Shown here piece by piece: positions 52,169-63,851 of a DNA stretch of 64,000 nucleotides. The translations under genes and the position numbers were made by a program. The DNA is from Porphyridium purpureum (taxonomy: Eukaryota): assembly GCA_008690995.1 (NCBI GenBank), contig VRMN01000013.1:310001-374000 (forward strand), written 5' to 3'. A model generated the notes under the pieces. It searched no databases. It was given only the letters and a program-made list of their open reading frames with translations, and was not told where the DNA came from. Position 1 is the first letter of the stretch. Each line of letters begins with the position of its first letter.

Positions 52169-53005
52169 GAGATGATTGTAGCCGCGCGTCACAGGCTGAA
52201 GCGCAATACGGTCTTCGTACGGGTACCACGACCTCCACACCAGAGCCTCACGACCTTTTGCCCGACAGTGCTGCGCACGAGATTCTTGGCAGATGCGGCG
52301 CGCCGGCGACATGCGCACGCGCGCATCGTTTGCATTTAGGGTTAGGGTTAGAGTTAAGTGGGTGGCGGCATGTCGGCACGTGACAACGAGGAGCCAGCGC
52401 TGCGCGCGTCGACGGCAACACTCGCACGCGCATAGAGGACGCGACGGCATGGTCAGGCTCATCAGTATGGTGCGCCCGGATGGGTAGCCGGCTGCATTCG
52501 GAGCCTCAGTAGATTGGAGTACAATCACTACATCATCGCAAATTCCACAGGAGGCCCTCTTCCAAGTCGAACGTAGGAATTGGTTTACAAATTGGATTTC
52601 CGTTCGTCTAGCACATCTGCTTTGTTTCGTCTGAACTTCCCCGGGATCGAAAGAGGAAAAGGGGCGACGGCTTTCCATGAGCTCCGGCGGACATATACGG
52701 CTCAAGTATCCTACTCGTGCTTGTGGAATCACTCGCGCGCGTCCCTTTCTCATTCTGTACGTGCACTATTGGTGCCATTATATTCCTGCGAGAGAAGGAA
52801 AAACCAGCGGAAGTGTTGGCCTTCGCCTGACATTATAAACGGGTCTTCCGTCTCAATCGACTTTGCCGTTTTTCGTGGTCTTTGGGACCCATGCATCAAG
52901 AAACGCTGCTCTTCTTGTCGACCAGGCTTGCAGCCCGATTGAAAGAGCAAAGGCTTCAAGAAAAGTACCGAGACTGACATAAAAAAAGCTTCTCAAGGTC
53001 AGACT

Positions 53006-53926
53006 CTATTTCGTATCAGCGTCTCGGATCGAAGAGCGCATGCCTTGTGCAAAATCACTCGTAGCCTCGTTGCGCGCGTACTGGCGATAGGATTCAATGA
53101 GCCTCGGCTCGCACACCAACGTGCGCGCGACGCATGGTCGCGCCCTGACGGCCTCCCACCACACTCGCAATCGCACAAATTCAGGTTCGTGCTCCGGAAA
53201 TGTCAGGTTGCGGTAGTGCCCACCTATCACTAAAAACCTGAACCAGAACGGAGCGAGCGCAATGTCCATCATGGAAAATTCTAGCCCGAGGAAGAATGGA
53301 CCGCTGCCGAACGCTGCCGAGTTGAGTTCCATGGCACGCGCGAGCATGCGGCTTTCGTTCAGAAGCGTCTGGTAAGCCTCATTCTGCTGCTTCGTATTCT
53401 GGCTGATCAGTATAACATAGTAAGCTTTTTGGATCCGGTTTGTAACATAGTCGCACCAGATGCGCACCTGAGCGCGTTGGTACGCGTTCCGCGGCATGAG
53501 CCGTCGCTCGCTTGTGCCATAGACTTCGTCAAGATATTCGATCAAGGGCAGTGACTCAAACACGCCAATACCGCAATCACTCAGTGCTGGAACCAGCCCG
53601 CGCGGCGACACGCGCACAAAATCGGGATATAGCTCGGTCTTCTCGCGCATCGAAAGCTGCTTTTTCGTGTAGCCACCCGGCTGGCTGGCGTCCACCGCGT
53701 ACGGATTGATTTCAATGTACGTGTACGGCAGCCGGAGCTCCTCCAGTGCAATCCATGCGCGCTGCGCAAAGGGACAGAACCACGAACAGAAAAAGTCGAT
53801 CCCCTGTGCACCGTCACTCGCGCCAGGTCTACAAGCGCTCCGCTCTTTTATGGTCTGCTCGCCCGCAGCCTCGGTCCAGGAAGCGTCCCATAACAAATCT
53901 CCAGCGGCCTGCGCTGCTGCTTGCAT
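53006..53926 (-). CDS. Glutathione S-transferase, omega-like (Cys-type)
   Basis: WFCPFAQRAWIAL, PRGLVPAL, ESLPLIEYLDE and GPFFLG..FSMMDIALAPF. Confidence 0.9.
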   Translation of the reverse strand: MQAAAQAAGDLLWDASWTEAAGEQTIKERSACRPGASDGAQGIDFFCSWFCPFAQRAWIALEELRLPYTYIEINPYAVDASQPGGYTKKQLSMREKTELYPDFVRVSPRGLVPALSDCGIGVFESLPLIEYLDEVYGTSERRLMPRNAYQRAQVRIWCDYVTNRIQKAYYVILISQNTKQQNEAYQTLLNESRMLARAMELNSAAFGSGPFFLGLEFSMMDIALAPFWFRFLVIGGHYRNLTFPEHEPEFVRLRVWWEAVRARPCVARTLVCEPRLIESYRQYARNEATSDFAQGMRSSIRDADTK

Positions 53927-54313
53927 GATTCGCGAGAAATCAGTGGGCACGCCGGGCGCGTGAGTTCAACTGCCCCGTCCTTCTTCGCGCGACCGGCCTC
54001 GAGGCGACGTTGCGCTGGATTCAACGTCGCGCCATTTTTTACTTGCTACCAAGCTTTGTGGAAGCAAAGGACCCACATGTGGAAGATTCCAGGACAAAAG
54101 AAAGGGAAAGCGCGTCAACAACGCGGCACACGCCCGCCGTCATCTCAAAGGCGCATGTTGCTCTCCTGAGATCGGGATAGATCGAACTACAAGCCCCCGA
54201 AGAAGCTGAGCACCGCCGAGTCTTGGAGCGCACAAGTGGACGAGACTGGGTTTCGTGTCTTTTCTTTTCTTGCTTTCTGTTGTATTCCTCGGAAGCGTGA
54301 GCGTCTCCCAGCC

Positions 54314-54529
54314 ATGACCAATCCAGCCTCCGCTTCTGCACCTCCCCAATCGCCAGCAGTGGTGGGGGCTTGCGAGCACAAGGAGCTTGAGCAATGCTTG
54401 GCTGAAAACAACCGCGACCTGAGCAAGTGCGAGGCGGAGCTCGCGCGGTTCAAGGCAGCGTGCGCGCCGTGCAAAACGGACCAGCAAGGGGATCAGGGGA
54501 ACCAGCGAAAAGACGAACTTACGCTCTAG
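54314..54529 (+). CDS. Small twin-Cys CHCH-like protein (possibly mitochondrial intermembrane space)
   Basis: CEHKELEQCLAENNRDLSKCEAELARFKAAC. Confidence 0.6.
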   Translation: MTNPASASAPPQSPAVVGACEHKELEQCLAENNRDLSKCEAELARFKAACAPCKTDQQGDQGNQRKDELTL

Positions 54530-54658
54530 AGCTGCTGCTGCTGCCGTGCGCGCCTGGTCCCATGCCAATCAAGTTATGGGTCCGAGTGGCTGAGGAAGAA
54601 AGGTGAAGCACTCTGGTGCAGATAGCCTTTTGGCCGAAGGTTGTTTTTCAGAACTGAT

Positions 54659-55516
54659 CTATATGGCTGTCGATGCGTCACCGTCTTCTTCGAGAAGCGT
54701 AAAAAGCAACTGCGTGAGTACGTCGACTAGTGATGACATGAGGAATTTGAGCGACTCTCGGGAATACTGGCGGTCCGGCCATTGCTTATTCCGAAGCGGA
54801 CCAGATGCGTAAGAAGATAGCACGCGTATCTTTGACTCGCAGGCTGTGTCATGCATGCCGTCTGGCGCCAGCATGTACAGGATCTGGCTTTTCACAGCCT
54901 CGGACGGCACGACCACCAGGTCGTACGAGTCGAGATCCTGCGGCTCAAACTCCACGGCTAGATGATTGGAGATGTCCAGCTTCCGCCGGAACCATAATGC
55001 ATTAATAAAGTCTGCGTCTGGCGCCGCACCTACGGTCGCCTTGGTGCCTGCACTGTACGAGAAAAAGCGAGCCTCGATGCCGCGTCGTACGCACAGATCA
55101 GTGAACATGGCCTCGGCGACGACTGAGATGCGCAAATTGAACTCATCAACGAACAGAATTTTGCGCTCCCGTGACTCTTTCGCGCCTCGTGCTTTCTCTC
55201 TCTGTTCACCCTTTTGCCGCTGCTCCACGCTCGCTGCGTCCGCCCCACGCCACTCTTGCAGCGCCTCGCTAACCGTCAGCGAGCCGGCGCCCGCGTCAGC
55301 GACGCTCTCTGTGTCGCCCTGACCGTCATCACGCGGCGGCTGGGCAGGCTCGTCCGGCGCTTCTTTTCCTGCCTGTCGGCACGAGCTCGAGCGCCAGGTA
55401 CTTCTCCGCGACGGGAGCGCTGCCCGCACGGCCAACGGCCCGCCTCTGGTACGGCGCTCGCGGCGTGCGACAGGTGCGGATACGACGTGGTACAGAAATC
55501 CCGTCCGCGTGTCCAT
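54659..55516 (-). CDS. LMW protein-tyrosine-phosphatase-fold protein with a degenerate active site and a transit-peptide-like N-terminus
   Basis: KILFV...S.VAEAMF, SAGT...GAAPD, DISNHLA and DLDSYDLVV. The P-loop reads DEFNLRIS instead of CxxNxCRS. Confidence 0.75.
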   Translation of the reverse strand: MDTRTGFLYHVVSAPVARRERRTRGGPLAVRAALPSRRSTWRSSSCRQAGKEAPDEPAQPPRDDGQGDTESVADAGAGSLTVSEALQEWRGADAASVEQRQKGEQREKARGAKESRERKILFVDEFNLRISVVAEAMFTDLCVRRGIEARFFSYSAGTKATVGAAPDADFINALWFRRKLDISNHLAVEFEPQDLDSYDLVVVPSEAVKSQILYMLAPDGMHDTACESKIRVLSSYASGPLRNKQWPDRQYSRESLKFLMSSLVDVLTQLLFTLLEEDGDASTAI

Positions 55517-55911
55517 TTCGTTTTCGGGCTCGAAAGGTTCCTTCAATTTCTCCAACGTGGACGTCTCTTTGCCGTAAAGGGATGAGCGCAACTTGTTTGC
55601 GGGTTGAACGGGCTTGTGCGATACTGGACGATCTGTGAGCTCGTCCCTGAGCCAAGCTGCTGCAGCAGGATGCTTTGGCCGGAAACAGAGACCGCGCAAT
55701 GATACGGGGTTGTACGCGAGCTCAATATCAGCTGAGTGTGTTTGCGAAGGCGTGGTCCGTCTCACACGACACGCCAGCGCAAAGGATCTCGGAATACGGC
55801 ACATTCCACTTCCATTGTGGCAGACGACGGTTGTCAGCGCTCGCGCCGTCTCGTCAGGAAATTGGAAGAAATGACAGTCGGGGACCGCTTTTCGGGCGCG
55901 CGTGCGCTGCA

Positions 55912-58077
55912 ATGCACAGCGCTGTGCCCACGCGCCGAAGTAAGAGAAGTGCAGCTCACGCAGGTGACGATGAAGAAGACATTCCGTTCGACGAGCCTGG
56001 TGATTTAGACCACACGCCTCTTGCCATCCTTTCGGCCGCGATGGGAGCTGTCCAAAATCAGGAGTTGAGAATGTGGGGAAAGCAAAAGAAGATGGCCGCA
56101 CGAAGAGGCCAGCTGATTAGCGTGTTGCCCACTGAGCACGAGCTCAAGAAACAGATGAAGAAGATATTGGAGAGAAGGAAGAGGATGAAGAAGATACCGC
56201 GTCCCGTGCATCCGAAATTCAACGCAATGAATCGGCGATTCCAGCGCTCTATCACAGACCCCACGGCTACGGTGAGGGATCTGGATCAATTGGTGGTATT
56301 TTTGGGACGCTCCGAAAAGCCGTACAATGCAGTGACGTTTAACGCGTCATTGATGGTCCTCGCCCAGCGCCTTCCAGAACTTGCGCTGCGCACCAAGCTT
56401 TCAGTGGCAATCCACATTTTGCGCCGCGCGCAAGTGCATAATGTACCACTGAAGTCGCATGTGCTCAGGCAGATTTTGGCGCTGGCCACGCCGTTGCGCA
56501 AAGTGAATGTGGTGCTCGTCGTGCAGCGTCTGGTCCAGCTGAACAAGTCAAAGCCAACACTGAAGCGACACTTGGATCAGAAATCATATTTTGCGCTTGT
56601 ACTGCACTGGGGGCTTTGTCGCCGCCAGGCCCTTGTCGACGAGGTGCTCGATGAGCTGCTTGGCGTGCACGCGACGAGAGACCCAACGGTGTTTGGGAAG
56701 CTGATGGTATTCTTGCTACATCATGAAGGCACAGACATCGCTGCCCATGTGTGGAGGTTGCTACGGCTGCCGGCGCTCTCGGCAGGCCCAAAGGTGGATG
56801 CTAGTATGCTAAGGGGGGGTGCGCTGCTGTGCGCCGCCACAAACAATGCGACCGAGGCTGAAAAGATCTTGCGCAAGTATAGAGAACTTGAGATGAGACC
56901 GAGTTCTGACACTCTGCACGTGCTCACCTCATTGTTTATCCGGACCGGACACTTTGACTTGGCGCGCGAGCTGATGCGATGGATCATCCGGAATGGCTAC
57001 GTTCTTGGTGGCACAGAGCTGCACTTGTACGTGCAAGCCAGCGAACGGGTAAAAGCTGAACAAAGACCGAAGGATAATCCGCTGCTGAGACTGGGCTTCG
57101 TTTTGGCGAAAGCGCCTTCGCGTTTATGCGCCAGCGCGGAAGAAAGACAGCAGTTTATACGCGCGTACGTGCGCGGTATGTACCAGGGGGTAGTTAGTGG
57201 CCGACTAGAGCCAAGCGTGGATGAGGTGTTCGAATGTGCAGAGCGCGCGCTTCTGCTCATTCAGAGGCGCGACGTGCTCTCGTTAAGTCACGTGGTTTTT
57301 TTCGCTTCCCGGGCAGAACGCCTCGATGCGGCGTTTCGCATCACGCGCTCATGTCATGTTCACGCAGGCTCGGCCACATCCGCACCTCTGCGCCGCGCGC
57401 TGCATGCATTCGCCTACGACGCGCTGCTTGAGCAGTCCTTTGCCGATGATCGTGTAGATGAGGCGCTTGCGCTGGTATTTCACCCGGAAGGTGCTGATCC
57501 CGAGGTAGCTGCTGCGTGTGTGACGAGCTTTATGTATAGCTTTGGCCGCCGCGGGCGTCTGGATATATGCAGTGAAATGTTTGCCAAATATTCCCGGTTC
57601 TACGGATGTGATGCGTGGGTATCGAGCGCATACATGAGCGTCCTTGCTGACGCGTCACGCCCTCTTGAGGCTCTTTCACAGTTTCGAGCCCTTCGGGAAA
57701 CAAAAAAACCTTTAGGCGCCATTGTGTATGATACGCTTGGTACGGTCCTGTTGAAAAACATGCCAAGTCGAAGCGCCGGCGTGTCTGGTGGACACTCGAT
57801 GCTGGATGTCAATCTGATCACTGAAATGGCCTGTATCTTGGAAGAATACTTGATTCGAACAAAGAATGAAAGTGAAAAGGACGAATTGATTGAGATGCGC
57901 GGCGTGGGATCGAGCTCTCGCGATTCGTTGGTACAGCCAGTCGTGACTACGACAAAGCAGCATGTCCGAGACATGGATCCTGAATCAAATTGGCGCATGG
58001 ACAGCGTACCGTCAATGGATATGATTCAAGAGAAAGTGGATGCCATTCGTGCACAGCTGGCATTAGAACCCGCTTAG
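55912..58077 (+). CDS. PPR-like alpha-helical repeat protein (paralog A)
   Basis: PPR-like units (PSSDTLHVLTSLFIRTGHFDLARELM; FMYSFGRRGRLDICSEMF). Start codon uncertain. Confidence 0.65.
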   Translation: MHSAVPTRRSKRSAAHAGDDEEDIPFDEPGDLDHTPLAILSAAMGAVQNQELRMWGKQKKMAARRGQLISVLPTEHELKKQMKKILERRKRMKKIPRPVHPKFNAMNRRFQRSITDPTATVRDLDQLVVFLGRSEKPYNAVTFNASLMVLAQRLPELALRTKLSVAIHILRRAQVHNVPLKSHVLRQILALATPLRKVNVVLVVQRLVQLNKSKPTLKRHLDQKSYFALVLHWGLCRRQALVDEVLDELLGVHATRDPTVFGKLMVFLLHHEGTDIAAHVWRLLRLPALSAGPKVDASMLRGGALLCAATNNATEAEKILRKYRELEMRPSSDTLHVLTSLFIRTGHFDLARELMRWIIRNGYVLGGTELHLYVQASERVKAEQRPKDNPLLRLGFVLAKAPSRLCASAEERQQFIRAYVRGMYQGVVSGRLEPSVDEVFECAERALLLIQRRDVLSLSHVVFFASRAERLDAAFRITRSCHVHAGSATSAPLRRALHAFAYDALLEQSFADDRVDEALALVFHPEGADPEVAAACVTSFMYSFGRRGRLDICSEMFAKYSRFYGCDAWVSSAYMSVLADASRPLEALSQFRALRETKKPLGAIVYDTLGTVLLKNMPSRSAGVSGGHSMLDVNLITEMACILEEYLIRTKNESEKDELIEMRGVGSSSRDSLVQPVVTTTKQHVRDMDPESNWRMDSVPSMDMIQEKVDAIRAQLALEPA

Positions 58078-58148
58078 ATTTGTGCAGCGTTCAGCTTGCT
58101 GGCCCGTGCGGGAAAGTCACCTCTAGAATTCTGTGTTAGAGCGGCTAC

Positions 58149-59921
58149 TCAAGTCTCGCTATGGTCTACCTTGAGCTGGCTGCCAGGATTGTCCTCGTCC
58201 AGGCTCATGTTTTTGGCAGCCACGCGCTCATTCTGATCTGTTTGATTATTACTAGCGTTTTGGTCCTCGCTGAGGCAGAGGGACACTGGAGAGACAAGCG
58301 CTTCGCTTCCAGAAGCAGTCGCACTAGCACCTAATTCGACCAGCATCGCTCTTGCATCAGCAGAGTCAGGGTCCATCCCCTGCAGCCGTGCAAAAGCATT
58401 AAACACTTCGCCACATAGATCAGGCCGCCCTAGTCGGCCAAGGGCACTGATGTAGATTTTTGTAACAAAAGCGGCTGCGGCCGCGTCGCCCGCACGGCCG
58501 AGCGCAAATTCAATTGCGACGGATAGGCAGTCTTGTTTCACGCTCAACTCGAGAAGCGCATCGTATGCAAAGGCAAGCAGCTCGCCACTGGTACCTTCAC
58601 GCTGACTGTCATGCGCGACATGCATTGCTTCGTTGAAACGCCCTGCTCTTGAAACAAGGTAAACCACAAAGCTTGAAAAGAGAAGATTCTCAGATTGATG
58701 GGTCTGCATGAAGCGCTCTGCAAAGTCTGCTGCGTCTTCCTTGTACCTTTGATCCAGCTGTTCGTCTGACACGCACGCGTGCAGTGCTTCAAAGTATGCA
58801 CGAAAAACGAACCACTTTTGTCTTTTGGTGGTGCCTACGCGCTGTGAATCTAGCAAGACGTCACCCAGAGGTACAATCAGCTCGCCGAGCGCATTTACCG
58901 TCTCCGCCTCGCGACTCGCACAAATGTAATACAGCAGCGTCTTTTCGTGCTGTGAGTATCCCAATCGACACGTTGACCGCAGGAGCTCCAGCGCGGTGTC
59001 AAAGCGCCTAGCGCGGATGCAGGTAAAGGTAAGCAAGTCTAGAGTGCGCACATCTGGCGTCACGTCCAGCTCAGCAAACTTTTGCACAATCCATTCTACC
59101 TCATCAGCATTTCTGGAGGTTCTGCAAACCCATGCGCCACTTGAGAGGATACTGAAGCTCATGTCTGGGCTTGGAATGACTGTGAAGGCTTGCTCGCGCA
59201 TGTTTTTCCACACTTCCGCCGCGTTATCATAGAGCTTATGGGAGAGGAAGTAGCGGAGCAGAGCGTCAAGCGCTAGAGCGTCAGTTGTGGATCCGTGCCT
59301 GTTGGGTGTCCGTACGGACGGTCGTCTTGGAAATGAGCGCAGAAACGCCTGCTGATGAGCAACAACCACGCGGGTAATTGCACAAATCATACTTGGCTTG
59401 CTGGATGGCTGACTCAGCTCCAGAAAGTGCAGTATGATCATCGAGTCGAGCCAAACGTTTTGCCCTCGTGCGCGCTGTAGCACACGCAGGCCAAGCGCAA
59501 GTCTCTCGCGCGGTGACAAGTGGAACGAGCGCTTGATCAGCTTGAGCGCAACATCCAGGGTTTTGCCGTCGAATGGCGCGGTGGTTGTTCGAACCAAATC
59601 GTCCAACCGAAGGACCTTGTTACCTTTTCCGTTCAGCACGGCAAGAAGCTTCGCGTTGAGAGCTACGGTTTGCTCATTCAGACCCCTTCCGAAGTTAATC
59701 GTTTGCGATTTCATCCACTTGCCGTCTGTCGCTCCCGTCGTCACCCTGTCTTCTGCAGATGCCGCAGCTTCATCGCCACCCTGGCCCGTGCCATTGTTCA
59801 GAACAGCAAAAGCGCGCACCACAAACCTCGGCGCGAGAATACCAGAATGGCAGTGTGCCAGAACCCATGTATCCCGTATTGATCGGAAAACGTTCCTGGC
59901 ACACAACCGCACGACACTCAT
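58149..59921 (-). CDS. PPR-like alpha-helical repeat protein (paralog B) with a mitochondrial-type presequence
   Basis: PDVRTLDLLTFTCIRARRFDTALELL; YISALGRLGRPDLCGEVF; colinear with paralog A. Confidence 0.65.
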   Translation of the reverse strand: MSVVRLCARNVFRSIRDTWVLAHCHSGILAPRFVVRAFAVLNNGTGQGGDEAAASAEDRVTTGATDGKWMKSQTINFGRGLNEQTVALNAKLLAVLNGKGNKVLRLDDLVRTTTAPFDGKTLDVALKLIKRSFHLSPRERLALGLRVLQRARGQNVWLDSMIILHFLELSQPSSKPSMICAITRVVVAHQQAFLRSFPRRPSVRTPNRHGSTTDALALDALLRYFLSHKLYDNAAEVWKNMREQAFTVIPSPDMSFSILSSGAWVCRTSRNADEVEWIVQKFAELDVTPDVRTLDLLTFTCIRARRFDTALELLRSTCRLGYSQHEKTLLYYICASREAETVNALGELIVPLGDVLLDSQRVGTTKRQKWFVFRAYFEALHACVSDEQLDQRYKEDAADFAERFMQTHQSENLLFSSFVVYLVSRAGRFNEAMHVAHDSQREGTSGELLAFAYDALLELSVKQDCLSVAIEFALGRAGDAAAAAFVTKIYISALGRLGRPDLCGEVFNAFARLQGMDPDSADARAMLVELGASATASGSEALVSPVSLCLSEDQNASNNQTDQNERVAAKNMSLDEDNPGSQLKVDHSET

Positions 59922-62900
59922 GCTCCGCGTATGCTTCTTCCCTTCAAAACGCAACCGATGTTGTGGGCGCGCCCGCGAAAACAAGCGACGAAATCGCGCA
60001 GCGCGCGGCGCACTTCAAATCACTTGTTCATCTCTAGGGTTCCTGAAGGGGTTCGTGAGCTCCGAGTCCTCTTCATTTCAAAGAGGGGTGTTGATAAGGC
60101 GAGACGCTGCGAGACGACGGCGCCAGGCTGTCGGTGTAAGAGAAGGCTATCTTTCAGGAAAAGAATTGCTGTGATTTTGCTCGCTCGCTCCGCCTGCTGC
60201 TTCTGTACCTACCTACTCAACTCTAGATCCTTGCATTCTAAACCGGGGTGGCAAAACTAATTTGGGCAGCCAGTCGCCGATGAGTCCGGAAAAGTTTGTC
60301 TTTGAATGGTCGGATGGAGCTGCAGGATCTCGGGCGCACGGTAAAGAGAAAAGCCTGCTGTTCGTTTAAACTGTTTCCATTAGCTTGCGATCATTGATTG
60401 TTCCAGGTAGATGTAGTACCACACGCAAAACCCGTCCAGACCCCAGACATATTTAAGCCGATTAGATCTAGGTTCCCTTTTGTGGCCGGGCAAAATATTT
60501 CGCCATCGAGCTGGCAGGGGAAAGGAGAACGAACAGTTGAGTTTTCGCTTCTAGAGCCGAGGAGCGAGAGGAGGGTAACTTGGTACTGTATCCGAGCTTC
60601 AAAGCTCTATTCCACGAGGTGAAACATGAACCGCCGCGTCCCACGGTCTGACATCGCGATAAACTCGATACGCTGAGACGAGCCTAGAGTGACCCTGAAC
60701 CTGCTCACACGGACCTAGGAAAAACTTTAAATCCCTTCGTCTTTTGAAGAGAAAGCTCTTTGCTTTCTTTAAATTCTCTCTGTCGCAATATCCGGGATTA
60801 CGTCTTGGAAGATATTTTCAAGGGCGTGGGAGTGAAATTACGGGGCCGAGGACCGTTTGGTCATGGGCTCCGTGGTGTTCCTGCGCGGTCTGTGTTTTCT
60901 TCTCTTTCGCACGTTGAATTTTACCGTGAGATTTCCCTCGCACGCTTTTACGAATTCTCCTGTTTCCTTCTTCCCCTGAGGGTGACCCCTCGAGGCATGG
61001 GGCGCGCTATTTATATTGATGACGGAAGCTTGAAACAACAGACGGTCGTGAGACACAACTGAAAGCACGCGTGTACAGTCCGGAGTCGCAACACTCTCTC
61101 CTGCTGTGAAAGCTGCTCGCGACCCATAATTTATGCCATACTTTGAGCTGTTCTCTGCGATCGACAACGGCTTGGCGGAGAGGATGTACATGCAGCGCAC
61201 ACGGCTATCACAATACTTGCTCGCGCTGGTGTAGACTCATAATTTTACGATTCCGAAATGGTCATACGTGAACGATACGCGGCTAAGGTGCGCACTGCGC
61301 TTTTCTATTTGCTGTCTCATAATTTGAGTCGGGAATGGCGTGATTCTTACAATCGTGGTGGAGTGAAACTGTGTGCTTGCTCTAACTCTGCTAAGAGCCG
61401 CTTTTATCTTAGTCGGCTAGAGTTTAAAGAAAGCGAGATGAGGTCTACCAGTATATAAACCCATGAAAGGACGGGCGAACGTGAACACTCTACCTGCTTT
61501 GCTGGAGGCTGCCCGTGGGTAGCTAAATTATAGCCCCAAAGCACGCGAACACCTGTTGCATTCGCCCGTGTAGGAGCTTTTAGAGCTTCTATCAGACTCC
61601 TCTCGTCGCTCATCTCTGCTCCGCGTCAGGCGATCCCACGGGGTGGAAGAATTGGTGTTATTCGCGACACTGTTACCCTTCTGCATTGATGTGCTCCTTT
61701 CTCGCCGTCGCTCGCGGCGCACGCAAACGCCGGACGAGGAGTTGAGGGTTGAGGCAGCCTTCAAAAACATTACACGCAGCTTCGGCTGTACTTACTTTAT
61801 TGGTTGCGCTATAATTTGACTCTTTCCCTTTCTGCTGGACGTTCAGGACGCTGCTTTGAAATGCACCAGATCTTCAATACCCTTTCCCCTTTTGCGGGTG
61901 GCACGAGATCGAAAACGCTCGCATCGCCTTCCTTAAGTATCGTAACCAGGATGCTCTCCATCAGTCCGTGCGTCGACATTAGTTCTCCTTTCAGGTCTAG
62001 AATACTACTGAAAGAAAACCTCAAAAAAACCAATGGAAAGCTATATTTCCCGCTTTCACTAGATTTCGAGTGGCTACGAGCTTTTCCAAAAGTTTATCAA
62101 GAGCGTTTCCTGAGTTTTCATAGCACTCAATCATTCCAAGCGTCCGAAGCTCCTTTGAAAGCCGTTGCCTGCTTTCCTGGTTCACGCGCGGGGTAATGTC
62201 GAATTTGGCAATTAGAATCTGTATCGTGCTACCTTTTTTTTTTTTTTTTTTTCTGAAAGCAGAATTATAGCATGTAAATTGGCTCGGCAGATGTCGTCAC
62301 CGTTAAATCCGTTATCTTTCTCTTTCCGCAGCGAAGTTTCCAGGTCCTGTTTGTTGACGGATGTTCACTCAAGGAATTTCGCCCGAGTTTTTGTTTTTCT
62401 TGTTTCCTTTCTGCCTGTCCGAGCACGACATGACCGGCAATTCCAGTAAGGTCCATCGCATTTTGTGGTTTTCCCTCCCGTTGGGGACAGCAAAGCACTC
62501 CGAGAATGGCAATGCAAATTATCGTCAGTTTCCCACGTCTAGAGGTTCCTATGAACATGGACTTTTCTAGAATCCCGAGCCAAATACTAGAAACCTTTAG
62601 AAGTGGTTCAGCAGTTTCGCGAAGAAAGTGGACTTGTAGAGACACGGAGTCGAAAAAATAAAAGCACATCTTTCCACGACTTGAAATTGCGCGACAAGTC
62701 ATGAGGCTTCCTGAACCATGTGATGAGACCGGTACCATTGAGTGACTCATCTTATCCATCTACGCGGCGTGCAAGCGATCTGGGGCATCCAAATTGAACT
62801 ATTCCCAACTGAAAAAGAAACAAATTCCACGTTTCACCGCACGCTGTATGTGCTCGGGCCGAATCACCTTCTCGAATCTTTCAGTCGACCGTCAAGGGGG

Positions 62901-63851
62901 AACTCTACGGGCCGCGCAGGAAGGAGAATTGGGTGAATTTTGTTCCAGATTCTACTCAATGAATCGATTATCTTTGCCCTGCGTAGAAACAGATTCGTCG
63001 GAACCGAGAGCGCTGCATAAAACTGTCCCGGCCTTGCACCTCTAGTGATCTTTTTCTTAACCTGCTGGCGTGAGCTTCAATGGGTTGTCTGAGGTGTCGT
63101 TCGAGCCGTATGTGTCAGAATCCGCTAAACGGCGGCGAATTGCGTTACAGGATTGGTATAAGAGCCAAATTGGAAATAAGCAGCCACTGGCTACCTTACG
63201 GACAGTTGACTGGCCTCTTCTTTGCGCCACGAGAGTCCGGTTTTGCATCGTATAGCATTTGAATGGTTGAGTTGGTAACGGGTGCGCACAATAATCGAAC
63301 AGTCTGTTTCCTGTCCACGCTCAACCTCGGACTGTCGCCAACCCCCTTCCCCGGTCCTCTGCTCTTCGCGGGCTCTTCTCACTTTCAACCTTTCGGCGAA
63401 CACTCACGCGCACCTTCAAACCATCGAATGTACTACCAACACCGGCATGCCAGGCTCAGGTCCTGTTCCACTTCTTCGCATTTTCAGTTCTGATTTTGCG
63501 ATTTTTCGAGTGCATGCTCCCCGGCTGCGGTCGAGTGGTGCGTTTTCGGCCTGTTGCAGCATTTCGTGTCCGAATTCAACGGCAAATCCGGCGTTTTTCT
63601 GACGGAATGACGGTGTTGACGCGTGCGCGATGAGCCCTGTGGAGCACAGTGTGGGTTGGAGCTGCGAATCGAGGAACCCGGCCGGCCTTGGCGACTACGG
63701 ACGTCACCAGTGAACGCGCGTCTGTAGCTGAAGCGCGGCAAGAAAAAAAGACCGGCGGTGGTGTGTGTGCGTGGGCGGGCGGGTGGGTGTGCGGGGTTCG
63801 CAAACGGCGCGAAGCGGGTATCCGGAGGGAGGCGCGGACGGCAAGGGAGTG

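Noticed and set aside
52335..52356. TTAGGG repeats as a telomere
   Set aside because: Only 2-3 units, interstitial and upstream of ilvD; at most a telo-box promoter motif.
52169..52753. Long N-terminal extension of ilvD (and the 55517-56101 extension of the LMW-PTP-like ORF)
   Set aside because: Transit-peptide-like starts lie downstream. The extensions have no coding character or overlap the opposite gene.
62234..62252. Poly(A) tail of a LINE on the minus strand
   Set aside because: No RT or endonuclease motifs and no TSD could be recognised next to it.
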